This document shows positions 12,140 through 23,403 of a stretch of 33,297 bases of DNA, in pieces. The DNA is from Octopus bimaculoides (Eukaryota), in contig NC_068985.1 of NCBI RefSeq assembly GCF_001194135.2, positions 126,359,002 to 126,392,298 of the forward strand, written 5' to 3'. How positions within the stretch are numbered: position 1 is the first letter of the stretch; each line of letters starts with the position of its first letter. The position numbers and the translations under genes are program-made. A model generated the notes under the pieces. It was not told where the DNA came from. It worked only from the letters and a program-made list of their open reading frames with translations, and did no database searches.

Positions 12140-12500
12140 TAGCAAGAGTGAAAAAAAAAGGGTAAAGACCCCTTCGGTCATGAATAACCATAGGATTGCA
12201 CCTTGAAAATTCCCTCCCGAGGCACAAATCCGGGCAAGGTTGTTTATGGAAGACCAGCAGTTGCCCATGCATACCAGCCTCCCCCTCTCCACGTTACTGA
12301 TGTTATCCAAAGGAAAGGCAAAAGCCGATACAGCTTGGCACCAGTGACGTCGCAACTCATTTCTATAGCCGAGAGATCTGGAACAACGTGAAACAAAGTG
12401 TCTTGCTCAAGAACACAACCCACTGCCCGGTCCGGGAATCGAACTCACTGCCTAACGAGTGTGAGCCCGATGCTCTACCCACTGAGCCATGGGCCTTCAC
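12140..12500 (-). mobile_element. Near full-length tRNA-derived SINE, family D
   Basis: Minus strand TGGCTCAGTGGGTAGAGC (A box), GAGTTCGATTCCC (B box), CTTGAGCAAGACACTT core and a T-rich end. Confidence 0.88.
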
Positions 12501-13832
12501 ATAAGCAAGAGTAAGAGAAACTAATGTGGTTACTGATTCAGTGTTCTCTCTTAATATTTAACTTTAGTTTAGAAGATTCCTTCACTAAATACGTTATATA
12601 TTTTCTTTTAACGATTTACTGGGCTGTTGATAATCTGTTTGGTACCTGTTAAATAGGTGAAAGCAACAGGTCACTTGATAATTTTTACTATCATGCAACT
12701 GTTCGTTATGAAGAATTACACTATGATATAGCACCTATTTTCAGCTAGGTAAACTGGGTTGTTGGGAGTTGAGCGTCTCGTCCATAGAAATAATGCAGTC
12801 GTAGTTACAAGTCATAAACGGTTGATTTATCAGGTTATTTAACAAGCTGCTGACTTTTTCGCCAGTTGTACTCAAATAAATTAGATCGGGAAATAAATTG
12901 TACGCAACGTCATGTCTTCAATGCGAAGATTGAATTATAATGGAAGAAAGGTAACATGTGTTTAAAAAGAATTACCTTTATGTATCTTATATTCAGTTGA
13001 AATAGTGTTACAAAGCTATTATCAAAATTAGCAAAACTAATAACCATAGCTGTTTGGTCAAGAAGTTTGCTTCACAAATATTTGGTCCCTATTTCGATCT
13101 TACGACGCGGTACCCAAGACCAGCGTATTTTATCGTAAAGGAGAATGTCTTATTTAAATTTCTATTTATTCCATGCTTCCATGTCAGAGCATGCCTTCCC
13201 CGACAGATAGGCCTCTTGATCGGGACAGATTTATGCAATTTTTCCCAAAAACTTCGTTGGGGATTTTTTCACTTTTTAAATTATTTACATGTCTGTTCGA
13301 CCGTTTCACATGATTTTATTCATTAAAACTTCAGAAGTTCTTACAACTTTGGTCGGCGTAATGCTTTGCTTTCGTTTGTTTAATAAAAATTCCTCCTAAT
13401 GATTTTGCTTTCATTTCATGATATACAGCTATCATCAAGAAAATGCCAGCTTCCAAATCCTATTTTCTGATCATGTAATACTGATTAAATTTTAAATCTC
13501 AGTAACATTTTTCTATAATTTTTCTGGGGTAAATAAATAACAAAATCGGATTTAGCGTGGAAAATTCAATATCCCAAATTTGGAAATTTTGACGTAATTT
13601 TAAAATATCACAATATGTGACAGCACAAGGAAGACCCTGCGAAAGTAGAGAGACAGACATTTAGAAATGTACACACAGGCAATCACAAGTTTAACATTGT
13701 GTATAGTAGACATATGTATGTATGCATGTACGTATGCATGTATATATATTCGTGTGGGGGAAGTGAGTGTTTCTTTGCGATGGACAGCAAAAAATCCGCC
13801 TTAAAGCTACGTATTCCTCACACCCACCTTTC

Positions 13833-13834
<2 letters not shown>

Positions 13835-13918
<84 letters not shown>

Positions 13919-13935
13919 CGTGTGTGTGTGTGTGT
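13835..13935. repeat. (TG)n microsatellite
   Basis: Long TG run. Similar arrays at 4145-4250, 14465-14815 (TATG), 16362-16520, 18598-18680 (AGAC), 20110-20200 (CATA), 22645-22700 (TA) and 27000-27105. Confidence 0.97.
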
Positions 13936-14461
13936 TGTATATATGTATTTACGAAAGTATGTATGCAACGTCGCGTGTATATGACAACTGTATAATGTTA
14001 TCATCCCATTACAACCGATGTTCTTGTCTTCACTGGTATAAGTCACCCTTCTCTCTGTTACTATCTTTCCCTCAGATTAATACTTTTTACAGCCTTCTCA
14101 TTTTATCATATTGTTCGTCCAACGCCCCTGGCAAAATAAGCACGTGTTTGGGGCATCAAAGGACGGGGGAAACACAGAAATGAAATTGGTTTAATATTCG
14201 TAATGCCTTATCTCTACTAACACTTCGCAATTAAAAAAAACTCTAACACTTTGCAATTAAAAAACAATTATTTTATGGTTTATTATCGTTTACATTTTGA
14301 ACCATTTACATACACTTGAAGGCACCAAAACCTTTTTAAGTGCTTAGGGGCTCTATGGGTCTTAATCCGACCCTGCCTTGAGAGCATATTATAGATTTTT
14401 ATTGAAATCCAATTAGCCTATTATTGAATTGGATGTTAGTGTAACATGTATGCAAAGTTTC

Positions 14462-14492
<31 letters not shown>

Positions 14493-14499
14493 GGTGTGG

Positions 14500-14531
<32 letters not shown>

Positions 14532-14834
14532 ATATGTATGCATGTATGTATGTATGTATGCATGCATGCATGTATGTATGTATGTATGTATATATGTACG
14601 TATGCATGTATGTTTGTATGTATGTTTGTATGTATGTATGTATGTGTGCACGCATGTATGCATGCATTATGTATGTATGTATGCATGTATGCATGTATGC
14701 ATGCATGCATGTATGTATGTATTTATGTATGAATGTATGTATGTATGTATGTATGTATGTATGTATGTATGTATGTATGTATGGTTGTATGTATGTATGT
14801 GTGTATGTATGTATGACTGCTGTGTATGACTGAC

Positions 14835-14875
14835 TTCGAACTGGTTGATCAGCTTCCCTATTCTCCTGACTTGTA
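14835..14875 (+). mobile_element. Tiny mariner transposase fragment
   Basis: TTC GAA CTG GTT GAT CAG CTT CCC TAT TCT CCT GAC TTG = FELVDQLPYSPDL, the mariner YSPDL motif. Confidence 0.6.
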
Positions 14876-15105
14876 TGTTTTGTTTCATGTATGTCTTCTC
14901 GTGCATATAGTTGCATATATATATATACACATATATACTTAAATGATAAACTTCTGGAAAGTTTTACAGATTTTTACAGTTTCGGTGATGGTTTGGATCT
15001 GTAGTTTTCGAATCAGCTTTCTCCTTTCTGCTTTTGAGATGCCTAATTTCTCAAAATTGGTATTTAGGCATATCCCAGTGCCCCAATAATTACAAGTATA
15101 TGTAT
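14876..15105 (-). mobile_element. R4/Dong-clade LINE ORF C-terminus and start of 3'UTR
   Basis: Minus strand VIIGALGY-LNTNFEKLGISKAERRKLIRKLQIQTITETVKICKTFQKFII*, homologous to the end of the 20205-20585 copy. Confidence 0.8.
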
Positions 15106-15112
15106 GTATATA

Positions 15113-16361
15113 CAGGGGTTGGACAAAATAATGGAAACACCTAGCATCATAGCATCATAATTTTGAAATATCTATGAAACCACCGAAAGCTTGTTTATTT
15201 TTGTTTTTGATTTATTATTAGTGTTGCTTAATATGTTTTGCTAAAATTGCTGTTTCTTTTCAGATATCATCAGAAAAACGTAATTAAAATTCATTAAAAT
15301 GACAGACCTGTCGGACTTTCAAAGAGGTCAAATTGTTGGTGTTTGTATGGCAGGTGCTAGCGTGATGAAAACAGCCGAAATGTTTGGTGTATCAAGAAGT
15401 ACTGTCTCGAAAGTAATGACAGCCTTTGAGAAAGAGAGAAAACCTCCTCGTCGAAACAAAACTCCAAAAGAAAACCAAAACTTTCAGACAGGAACTGTCG
15501 GACTTTTACGCAAATTGTTAGAAAGGATAACAAAAGTACAGTACCCAAAATTACTGCAGAGCTTAATGACCACCTCGAGAACCCAGTTTCCACAAAAACT
15601 GTTCACCAAAAGCTGCACAAAGCCGGATTTCACTGGAGTGCTGCAATCAGAAAACCACTACTTTCAAAAACAAACATTGCAAAGCGTTTAGAGTGGAGTA
15701 AAAACCTACAGAATTGGTCCCTAGAGCAGTGGAAGAATGTTATATCCTCGGATGAGACATCCTTTACCTTATTTCCGACTATTGGCCAAGTATACGTGTG
15801 GAGACAGCCAAAAAAGTATTTGACCCAGACTGCCTTCTTTCAACTGTTAAACATGGAGGATGATCTGGGGGCTGTATCTTGGAAATCCACCGGCCCAATG
15901 GTTTCCCTTCATGGCAGAATTAATACTCAAGCCTATTTAAGCATTTTATCTGATCAAATTCATCCTATGTTTGCGCAACTGTGTCCGGAGGGAAACGCAA
16001 CCTTTCAGGGTGATAATGCACCAATTCACACAGCTAAAGTTGTTACTAAATGGCACGATGAACATTCTAGTGAAGTTGAACATCCTATTTGGCTACCAGA
16101 GTCCCCAGGTCTCAATATCATTGAACATTTATGGTGCATTTTAGAAAAACAAGTAAGAAGTCGCTATCCTCCACCATCAGCACTACAAGAACTGTTTTAG
16201 CTGAAGAATGGACAAAATTCCTTTGGAACCAATTCAAACTCTGTATAAGTCCATACCTCATAGAATTCAAGCTGTAATTACTGCCAAAAGCAATCCTACC
16301 TAATATTAAAATAAATTTGCTTGAAATTTTAAGGTGTTTCCATTATTTTGTCCAACCCCTG
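15113..16361 (+). mobile_element. Full-length but inactivated Tc1-like transposon, DD36E (Incomer-type)
   Basis: Perfect 30-bp TIRs CAGGGGTTGGACAAAATAATGGAAACACCT at 15113-15142 and 16332-16361, TA on both sides, 1249 bp. Transposase from ATG 15299: MTDLSDFQRGQIVG, VISSDETSF, FQGDNAPIH, WLPESPGLNIIEHLW. I count 36 codons from D to E. Frameshifts are present. Confidence 0.95.
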
Positions 16362-16744
16362 TATGTATGTATTATGTATGTATGCATGTATGTATGTATG
16401 TATGTATGTATGCATGCATGTATGTATGTATGTATGTATGTATGTAAGCATGTATGTATGTATTTGTGTATTTATGCACGTATGTATGCGTGTAAACGTG
16501 TGTGTGTGTGTGTGTGTATTTAATTATTGGAATTTTTTCTACAAAGAGAGAACTTTTTTCCAGCAAAGAAATCAAACTCCATTGCTGGAATTTGGACGAA
16601 ATACCGGTGCTACATATTGAACCTTTAAAAAATTCTTGCATACAAACTACCTTTAACGTGCATGCTAGCCAGCCTCTTTGTTGGCTGGAATATCCTAGCT
16701 TTTTCAGATAATCATTTACACATTTATTAATATAAGAGTATAAA

Positions 16745-17365
16745 TGATTATTGGTATAAATGTGAATTTATAATCAGAGTAGAAGAGCTGAAGGTTTCAA
16801 AACAGTTTCCTTAAATATTCTCTTTCTCGCTGATTTTAGAAGTAATTGCGTCTGCAGGGAAGCCGATCTCTATGACTCTACATGATTTTTCCTTCCTGTT
16901 ACAAATTAACTGAAGTAGGCTCGTTCTGTTTGCATTTGGTCGAAGTGTCCACTAATACTCTTTGCATTCTATAAATTTGTGAACTAAATAACACAGGTGT
17001 TGTCTATATTTCACAGCAGTCTCCCCTGCTAATGACATTGTATATTATTTTAACAACAATGTCCTGTTGTAATGGAAAGTAGTTCTTCGATGATATTTTC
17101 CAGCAACAGCTGATTACACGCATAATGTACTTCACAGAAAAAGAACATATTTGACATCTTGGGACTTAAGGACTTCACTGCCTTCTTTTGTTCATTAGAT
17201 ATTTCTTTGCTATCTCCAGCTCATAGATTACGAAAGTGTAGCCTTCGATATGTAATGTGATGTGAAGATTATGAATCCAAGGGAGGCTATCAAGGATCAA
17301 GCATCAAAGGGTTCTTTCTGAGCCATAAATAGGCTTATAGTACCGGTTTCTCAGATTCTCTGGCA

Positions 17366-17404
<39 letters not shown>

Positions 17405-18010
17405 CTCCAGTCTGTCGCAGGATAACTCATTTTTGCCAGTTGAGCGAACTGGAGCAACGCGAAATAGTGTGTTTTGCTCAAGAGCGCGACGCATCACCCA
17501 GTCCAAGAATCGAAACCACAATCTTAAAATCATAGTTACAACAACCTAACCACTAAGTCACGCACCTAAGGGAGGTTATACTTCATGTTAATATTGTCGT
17601 CTTCTTGAAGTTTACAGGAACTTACCCTTACATAACCTTTCTGAGATATACAGAGTGTTTCTCTTCCAGGTCTTTGCTAAGATATGCTAATCTTGCGCTT
17701 TTGGGTCCACATAGAAGGCCATCAGTAAGTGAGTGCTTCTTGAGTAGTTCACTATCGACCTATAGTACTTTATTCACCTCATTCCTCAGTATTTTGTTTA
17801 TGCATTTATTTTTGCAGCTGTTGTTTAGTACATGCTAAGTGAAACCATACGGTATTCAAAGGCTGTTTGCACTGATCTTAAACCTCTTCTTCTCACTTTT
17901 CTTCTGATATAGAGTCTGTCAATATCCCTGTTTCTTTTGAAGTTTACAGCTGATGTCAAGATCTTGCACTTTTAATATCTTAACGTGTATGTATCGCTTA
18001 GTCGTGTAAA
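16745..18010 (-). mobile_element. Decayed R4/Dong-clade LINE (RT end, zinc-knuckle region, restriction-like endonuclease)
   Basis: Minus strand KILTSAVNFKRNRDIDRLYIRRK-RGLRSVQTAFEYRMVSL, HIEGYTFVIYELEIAKKYLMNKR, ISCCWKISSKNYFPLQQDIVVKIIYNVI, CRVIEIGFPADAITSKISEKENI, LQLFYSDYKFTFIPIII. Confidence 0.8.
17305..17570 (-). mobile_element. Family D-type SINE inserted in the Dong remnant, with an internal (TA)n
   Basis: CCAGTCTGTCGCAGGATAACTCATTTTTGCCAG..TTGCTCAAGAGC..CCAAGAATCGAAACCAC, homologous to 31225-31460. Confidence 0.8.
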
Positions 18011-18739
18011 ATGGGGGCGCGAAATCAGAGCAACTCGTAATTTTTTTTTTTCTTTTTTTTCAGGTTGTATATGAATTCATAAAGGGATGAAAGAAAACTG
18101 CTATGGTAACTACAGAAAAGACAACCAAAGTGGGATTAATATGAAAAATCTTAATCAATCTGCTTGGTATTGGCAAAAATCGAACTGATCCCACATCTTT
18201 TCTTAGACATATGTATGCTTATAACCATTTGATGTCAGAAGTGGGGTAGGTCATAGAGACAATATAAGACACGACTGAAACCTAACGCGGTATTTGTTTA
18301 CTAACTTCTCAGTTCTCGACCGATGGGAGAATAATCACTCCATACGTTTCTCCAGGCTACCTTAATACTGAATTTCCACCATATTTGGGCACAACGTTGC
18401 TGTTGTGTGGTTGCTGAGGGATCTTAATAGCTTAAAAAAGCGAAACCAATTAAGGTTCGTTCTATCATGCTGAATCGGTAGAATAAAAGGGGTGAAAACT
18501 AAAAAGCGATCCAAACCCAGTATGCAGACGAAGATATCAACCATATTTTCGGACCCATACCGCCAAAGAATCGTATAGAATTCTAAGAGAGACTGGAGAG
18601 AGAGAGAGACAGAGAGAGACAGAGACAGAGAGACAGAGACAGAGAGACAGAGACAGAGAGACAGAGAGACAGACAGAGAGTGGGGTGACGTTGTTGAATG
18701 TAGTTATTGTTTGACCCCGAAACAACTCAGTTCCTTCAG

Positions 18740-19122
18740 GCTTATGATCAAAGAAGATTCAATTGCTGACCACCCTCCCTTATTTTCTGTTTCTAAACAA
18801 ATATTTTCTCTTCTCGATTTTGAGGGAGATGTGAATACAACTTCTAGCACGTCACAAACGTGATTGTTAGGCATTTTAGTGAAGAAGCATGTTAATGGGA
18901 AAATTCTAGAAACATACAAACATAAGTTGTCCAGATGGCAACTTAATGTCAAAGAAATAATTAATTATCTCATTAACGAAAAATTATGGGTTTTCTTTTT
19001 TGAAAATTGTGTTTATATTCTATCAACTACAAGACTCCAAGTTTTCAGGAAATGTGGAAATAGGTTTTCTGTTCCTATTTGCTCGGTTGCACAATTTTCT
19101 TGAACTCTCTTTCCTAAATCCT
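18740..19122 (-). mobile_element. Possible L1/Tx1-like LINE fragment
   Basis: Weak: minus strand FLKTWSLVVDRI and SRRENICLETENKGGW recall the Tx1 post-RT region. It runs into a gap. Confidence 0.3.
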
Positions 19123-20204
19123 NNNNNNNNNNNNNNNNNNNNNNNNNNNNNNNNNNNNNNNNNNNNNNNNNNNNNNNNNNNNNNNNNNNNNNNNNNNNNN
19201 NNNNNNNNNNNNNNNNNNNNNNNNNNNNNNNNNNNNNNNNNNNNNNNNNNNNNNNNNNNNNNNNNNNNNNNNNNNNNNNNNNNNNNNNNNNNNNNNNNNN
19301 NNNNNNNNNNNNNNNNNNNNNNNNNNNNNNNNNNNNNNNNNNNNNNNNNNNNNNNNNNNNNNNNNNNNNNNNNNNNNNNNNNNNNNNNNNNNNNNNNNNN
19401 NNNNNNNNNNNNNNNNNNNNNNNNNNNNNNNNNNNNNNNNNNNNNNNNNNNNNNNNNNNNNNNNNNNNNNNNNNNNNNNNNNNNNNNNNNNNNNNNNNNN
19501 NNNNNNNNNNNNNNNNNNNNNNNNNNNNNNNNNNNNNNNNNNNNNNNNNNNNNNNNNNNNNNNNNNNNNNNNNNNNNNNNNNNNNNNNNNNNNNNNNNNN
19601 NNNNNNNNNNNNNNNNNNNNNNNNNNNNNNNNNNNNNNNNNNNNNNNNNNNNNNNNNNNNNNNNNNNNNNNNNNNNNNNNNNNNNNNNNNNNNNNNNNNN
19701 NNNNNNNNNNNNNNNNNNNNNNNNNNNNNNNNNNNNNNNNNNNNNNNNNNNNNNNNNNNNNNNNNNNNNNNNNNNNNNNNNNNNNNNNNNNNNNNNNNNN
19801 NNNNNNNNNNNNNNNNNNNNNNNNNNNNNNNNNNNNNNNNNNNNNNNNNNNNNNNNNNNNNNNNNNNNNNNNNNNNNNNNNNNNNNNNNNNNNNNNNNNN
19901 NNNNNNNNNNNNNNNNNNNNNNNNNNNNNNNNNNNNNNNNNNNNNNNNGTATACACCTAACTGTCTGGATGTTTTGCGTTCTTGTCCCATTTTTGTATTT
20001 TATATATACATATATACATATCAAATATATATGTATACGTATATATGTGTACATAAATGTGTGTGTATGTATATGTACATGTGTGTATAGATATATACAC
20101 ACACATGCATATTCATATATACATACATGCATACATACATACATACATACATACATACATACATACATACATACATACATGCATACATGCATACATACAT
20201 GTCA

Positions 20205-20585
20205 GTACAAACAATATTGATGGAACATATCTTTCAAATCTTCTGCCAAGTGCAAACGTAACAGACATGACGTTACTATCTGGAATAGTACAGGTATACG
20301 CAGTCATGGAAGCCAGCTACCCTGCAAATGTGATCATCTCTTTCAAAATCAGAAAGAAGAATTTCTATGGATAACTGCTTCAAAATCTTCAGTCCCTTTC
20401 TCCTGATTATAAATTTACATTTATGCCAAGCGTTTTTGATGCACTTGGTTCAGTTAGCAAATATCTACGCGACAGTATGGAAAAGCTAGGATTTATAAGC
20501 TAAGAAACCGGCTAACACACTCTTTACAAATAAAATCTGTAAGTGGAACAGTAAAAATATACAAGATTTTCCTAAAGTTCAATAC
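20205..20585 (+). mobile_element. R4/Dong-clade LINE C-terminal endonuclease fragment
   Basis: WNISFKSSAKCKRNRHDVTIWN, VMEASYPANVIISFKIRKKNFYG*LLQNLQSLSPDYKFTFMP..ALGSVSKYL, LQIKSVSGTVKIYKIFLKF. Starts at a (CATA)n array. Confidence 0.8.
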
Positions 20586-20735
20586 CTAACAATTATCGTT
20601 ATTGTTATCCATGTTCTAGTTATTGAGTTTTCGCTTTTCAGCTGGAAAGAACTTTAATATATCAGAAAGTCAAGTGTTACCAGTCTCAGAAAGTCGGTCG
20701 TCGGCGAAACTTCGAAGTCATTGCCTGCCATTTCC

Positions 20736-21540
20736 TCATGTCTCACGTGAGTAGAGGAGTGATGTCAGTACACATGCACGGTACACAGCAACTTTTGTTT
20801 GCCTTGCGATGCCATGCTGGGACCAGACACGAGACTGATAAGACCGGAAGGAATTAGTTGCTCTCTGCAACCTGAAAGATATTTCCTCATCCAGGGAGCA
20901 AGAACGGCTGAGTGTGCTGCCCAGGTAGACAAACTTGTCTACTACCTTCAGAATTGTTCCTTCAGCCAAGATAGCTAGTTCCATATATGGATTTCCTGGT
21001 GCAGGCTGGAACATTACAACAGTCTTGTCCAGGCTAATGTTGAGTCCAAATGCTGATATCTTGAGTATTGAGGCAAGCACAAGCACCGGTTACGTTGGAC
21101 CGGACACCTTATTAGAATGAAGGATAGCAGGATTCCTAAGCAGATGCTCTATGGAGAACTTGTGAATGGAAGGAGACTCCGGCAGAAACCAAGGCTGCGA
21201 TTTAAGGACTGTGTCAAGTCCGCATTAAAGACCCGTGATATGCAGGACACTGACTGGGAGAACAATGCCTGTCATCGCCACGGATGGAGGAAGCAGGTTA
21301 AGGAGGGGATCGACACTTTTGAGAGAGCACGTATCCAGCATGAAGAATTCAAGTGAACTGCGCGAAAGCGCACGGCTCGTATACTGAATGGGGAAAGCAG
21401 TTGTGTATGCTTGTCAAGAGCAGGGCTCATTAGCCACCAGCGGAGCCGCAAATGCAAAATATAAGTTAGTCCAAGAGCGCACAATGTTCCTAAAGGTCGG
21501 CAATGGTCTTCCTCGGTCACGAGTGGACGGCCATCATCAT
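20736..21540 (+). mobile_element. 5'-truncated RTE (BovB-like) LINE with an inverted 5' segment
   Basis: Minus strand 21056-20736: SAFGLNISLDKTVVMFQP..VVDKFVYLGSTLS..KVAVYRACVLTSLLYSRET. Plus strand from about 21051: SIEA-KHRLRWTGHLIRMKDSRIPKQMLYGEL..PRLRFKDCVK..SRAGLISHQRS, then a short UTR and (CAT)n tail. Confidence 0.9.
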
Positions 21541-21549
21541 CATATATAT

Positions 21550-21699
21550 CATCATCATCATCATCATCGTTTAACGTCCGCTTTCCATGCTAGCATGGGT
21601 TGGACGATTTGACTGAGGACTGGTGAAACCGGATGGCAACACCAGGCTCCAGTCTGATTTGGCAGAGTTTCTACAGCTGGATGCCCTTCCTAACGCCAA
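21550..21699 (-). mobile_element. 5'-truncated (GAT)n-tailed retroposon, family C (RTE-related)
   Basis: Minus strand TTGGCGTTAGGAAGGGCATCCAGC..CATGCTAGCATGGAAAGCGGACGTTAAAC(GAT)n. One mismatch to 33071-33220. Confidence 0.85.
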
Positions 21700-21849
21700 T
21701 ATATGTATATATATGTATATATGTATATATGTATATATGTATATATATTGCCTTTCTTCTTCAAATTTTTATTCTCGTTTTTGCGCCCCTGTCTTTCCGA
21801 CAGCCGACGTGCGATGATCACAAAAATCAGAGTCAAAAGCGATGTGTTG

Positions 21850-22230
21850 AGACTGTTTATTGGGTAAGGCGATGTGGTGGCCTGTATCAAAAAAGGTGAG
21901 ACTCATGGTGAAGCTGCAGGGTAGAGAAGATATGGCTAGCTTTAAGCTGTTGTACTTTAAAAAAAACAGTGCCCTGGATCAATACTTGGAAATGGACGAA
22001 GCGGACCAGGAGAAAGTTGAAAAGATTGAAGATCGTCTGAAGGACGCGTACACGGAGGGGATATTCAATGCCTACAGTATGGGCGGGCGAGTAGATAGAT
22101 GATTATGTGAGCGAGAGTAGAAGGTTGGCGAGCTTAGTAGGGTTTCCTGGAGCAGTGATGGAGCGGATGGTGAAACTGGCTTTTGTGACCGCATTACCCG
22201 ATCATATCTCATTACGTCTACAGCATCCAA
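21850..22230 (+). mobile_element. Ty3/Gypsy-like gag remnant
   Basis: GDVVACIKK-VRLMVKLQG..ALDQYLEMDEADQEKVEKIEDRLKDAYTEGIFNAY..DDYVSESRRLASLVGF..VKLAFVTALPDHISLRLQ resembles a retrotransposon capsid (YxxELRRLA, AFVxGLP). No LTR seen. Confidence 0.62.
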
Positions 22231-22429
22231 GGGTATATCTTGACGACAACAGAAGGGCCTCCTACTCGCAGTGGGCCAACCGCGTGCCTAGACACTAACC
22301 CAGGTATTTCCAGGTCCCTGCGCATACATACACATGTGCGTGTGTATATATACGTATATATATAATTATTACAAATAAAAGGGTAAAGGATTATTAATTT
22401 ATTAATAAATTAATAATTAATAATTTTTA

Positions 22430-22641
22430 CCAAGCACTTCGGTATGTAAACACCGTTATCGGTAAAGAACTTATTTGAAAGTTCTTACAGATTTATAAAC
22501 ATAATTAAGGGATCAGCAACAGTTGCTTCACCACATACCGAAGTTCAGAAATAGCAGCTAAAGTGCTTAAACGCTATAGCTACTATTTTTGAACTTCGGT
22601 ATGTGGTGAAGCAACTGTTGCTGATCCCTTAATTATGTTTA
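22430..22641. repeat. 65-bp inverted repeat (22496-22560 / 22577-22641) in a Penelope-like UTR fragment
   Basis: Arms differ at 2 positions, with a 16-nt spacer. Adjacent minus strand CCGATAA-C-GGT-GTTTACAT-ACC-GAAG looks like a degenerate hammerhead core. The repeat is certain; the Penelope origin is inferred. Confidence 0.85.
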
Positions 22642-22642
22642 C

Positions 22643-22703
<61 letters not shown>

Positions 22704-23403
22704 GTCATTATAATCAAGGATAAAATCTATAGACACACGCACGCATCCACATATGCACACTATTCGAATACATGAAACTACTGCAAGAATAAAATACATG
22801 GCCAAAGTGAGTGAAAGATCGCCATAAATCCAACACTATGATATGATTACATCTCCGTTGAGAGCTAGCTTCGTTTTGATGAGAAAGTTTTTAGCCTCAT
22901 ATCAGGCTAATCCACCACTCGATACGATAATCTACAATGTTCCAGTCATCATCATCCGTTTTTTCCCTTCTTTCTTCCATTTCTTTTTTTGTAGTTTGTG
23001 CGTGGGGGTGCTTTCATACGTACATTACGTAATGTATACTTGCTCTTTTTCCTCACAAGACGTCAGGCTGGTTGTGATTTGAAGGTAAATTGGCAGTTAT
23101 TTCTAGCCAATCAAATGACTGATGAGAAACTCCATCAACCGAAGGTTATAGTTTACTGTCGGTCTTAGTTTGGTGGGTTTCGCTATAGATTTTCGAACCC
23201 CAACCCTAACAAAACAATCACTACCATGTCGAAACTATGTAGTTAATAACCACCTGATGATTTAATACATGGACATCTAATAATCTTCCCATTTGAGATT
23301 AAACTAATTATATTGTCTTTTTAGTCACATGTTAGCCCTAATGAAGCAGACTTCATAACAGAGTCAATCGATCTATTTTCTTTTTTCCTTTTTTCTTTAA
23401 GAT

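Noticed and set aside
12155-12500. tRNA-like A and B boxes here and in other copies
   Set aside because: These are SINE heads without a full cloverleaf, not tRNA genes.
12975-13050. Minus-strand peptide MVISFANFDNSFVTLFQL resembling an ion-channel pore helix
   Set aside because: Weak acceptor, no following TxxxW motif and no companion exons; likely chance in AT-rich DNA.
13130-13620. Possible non-autonomous DNA transposon
   Set aside because: It looks repeat-like, but I could not find matching termini or a TSD.
19000-20220. 280-406 aa ORFs
   Set aside because: Mostly X from the N gap. The same applies to ORFs over the other gaps.
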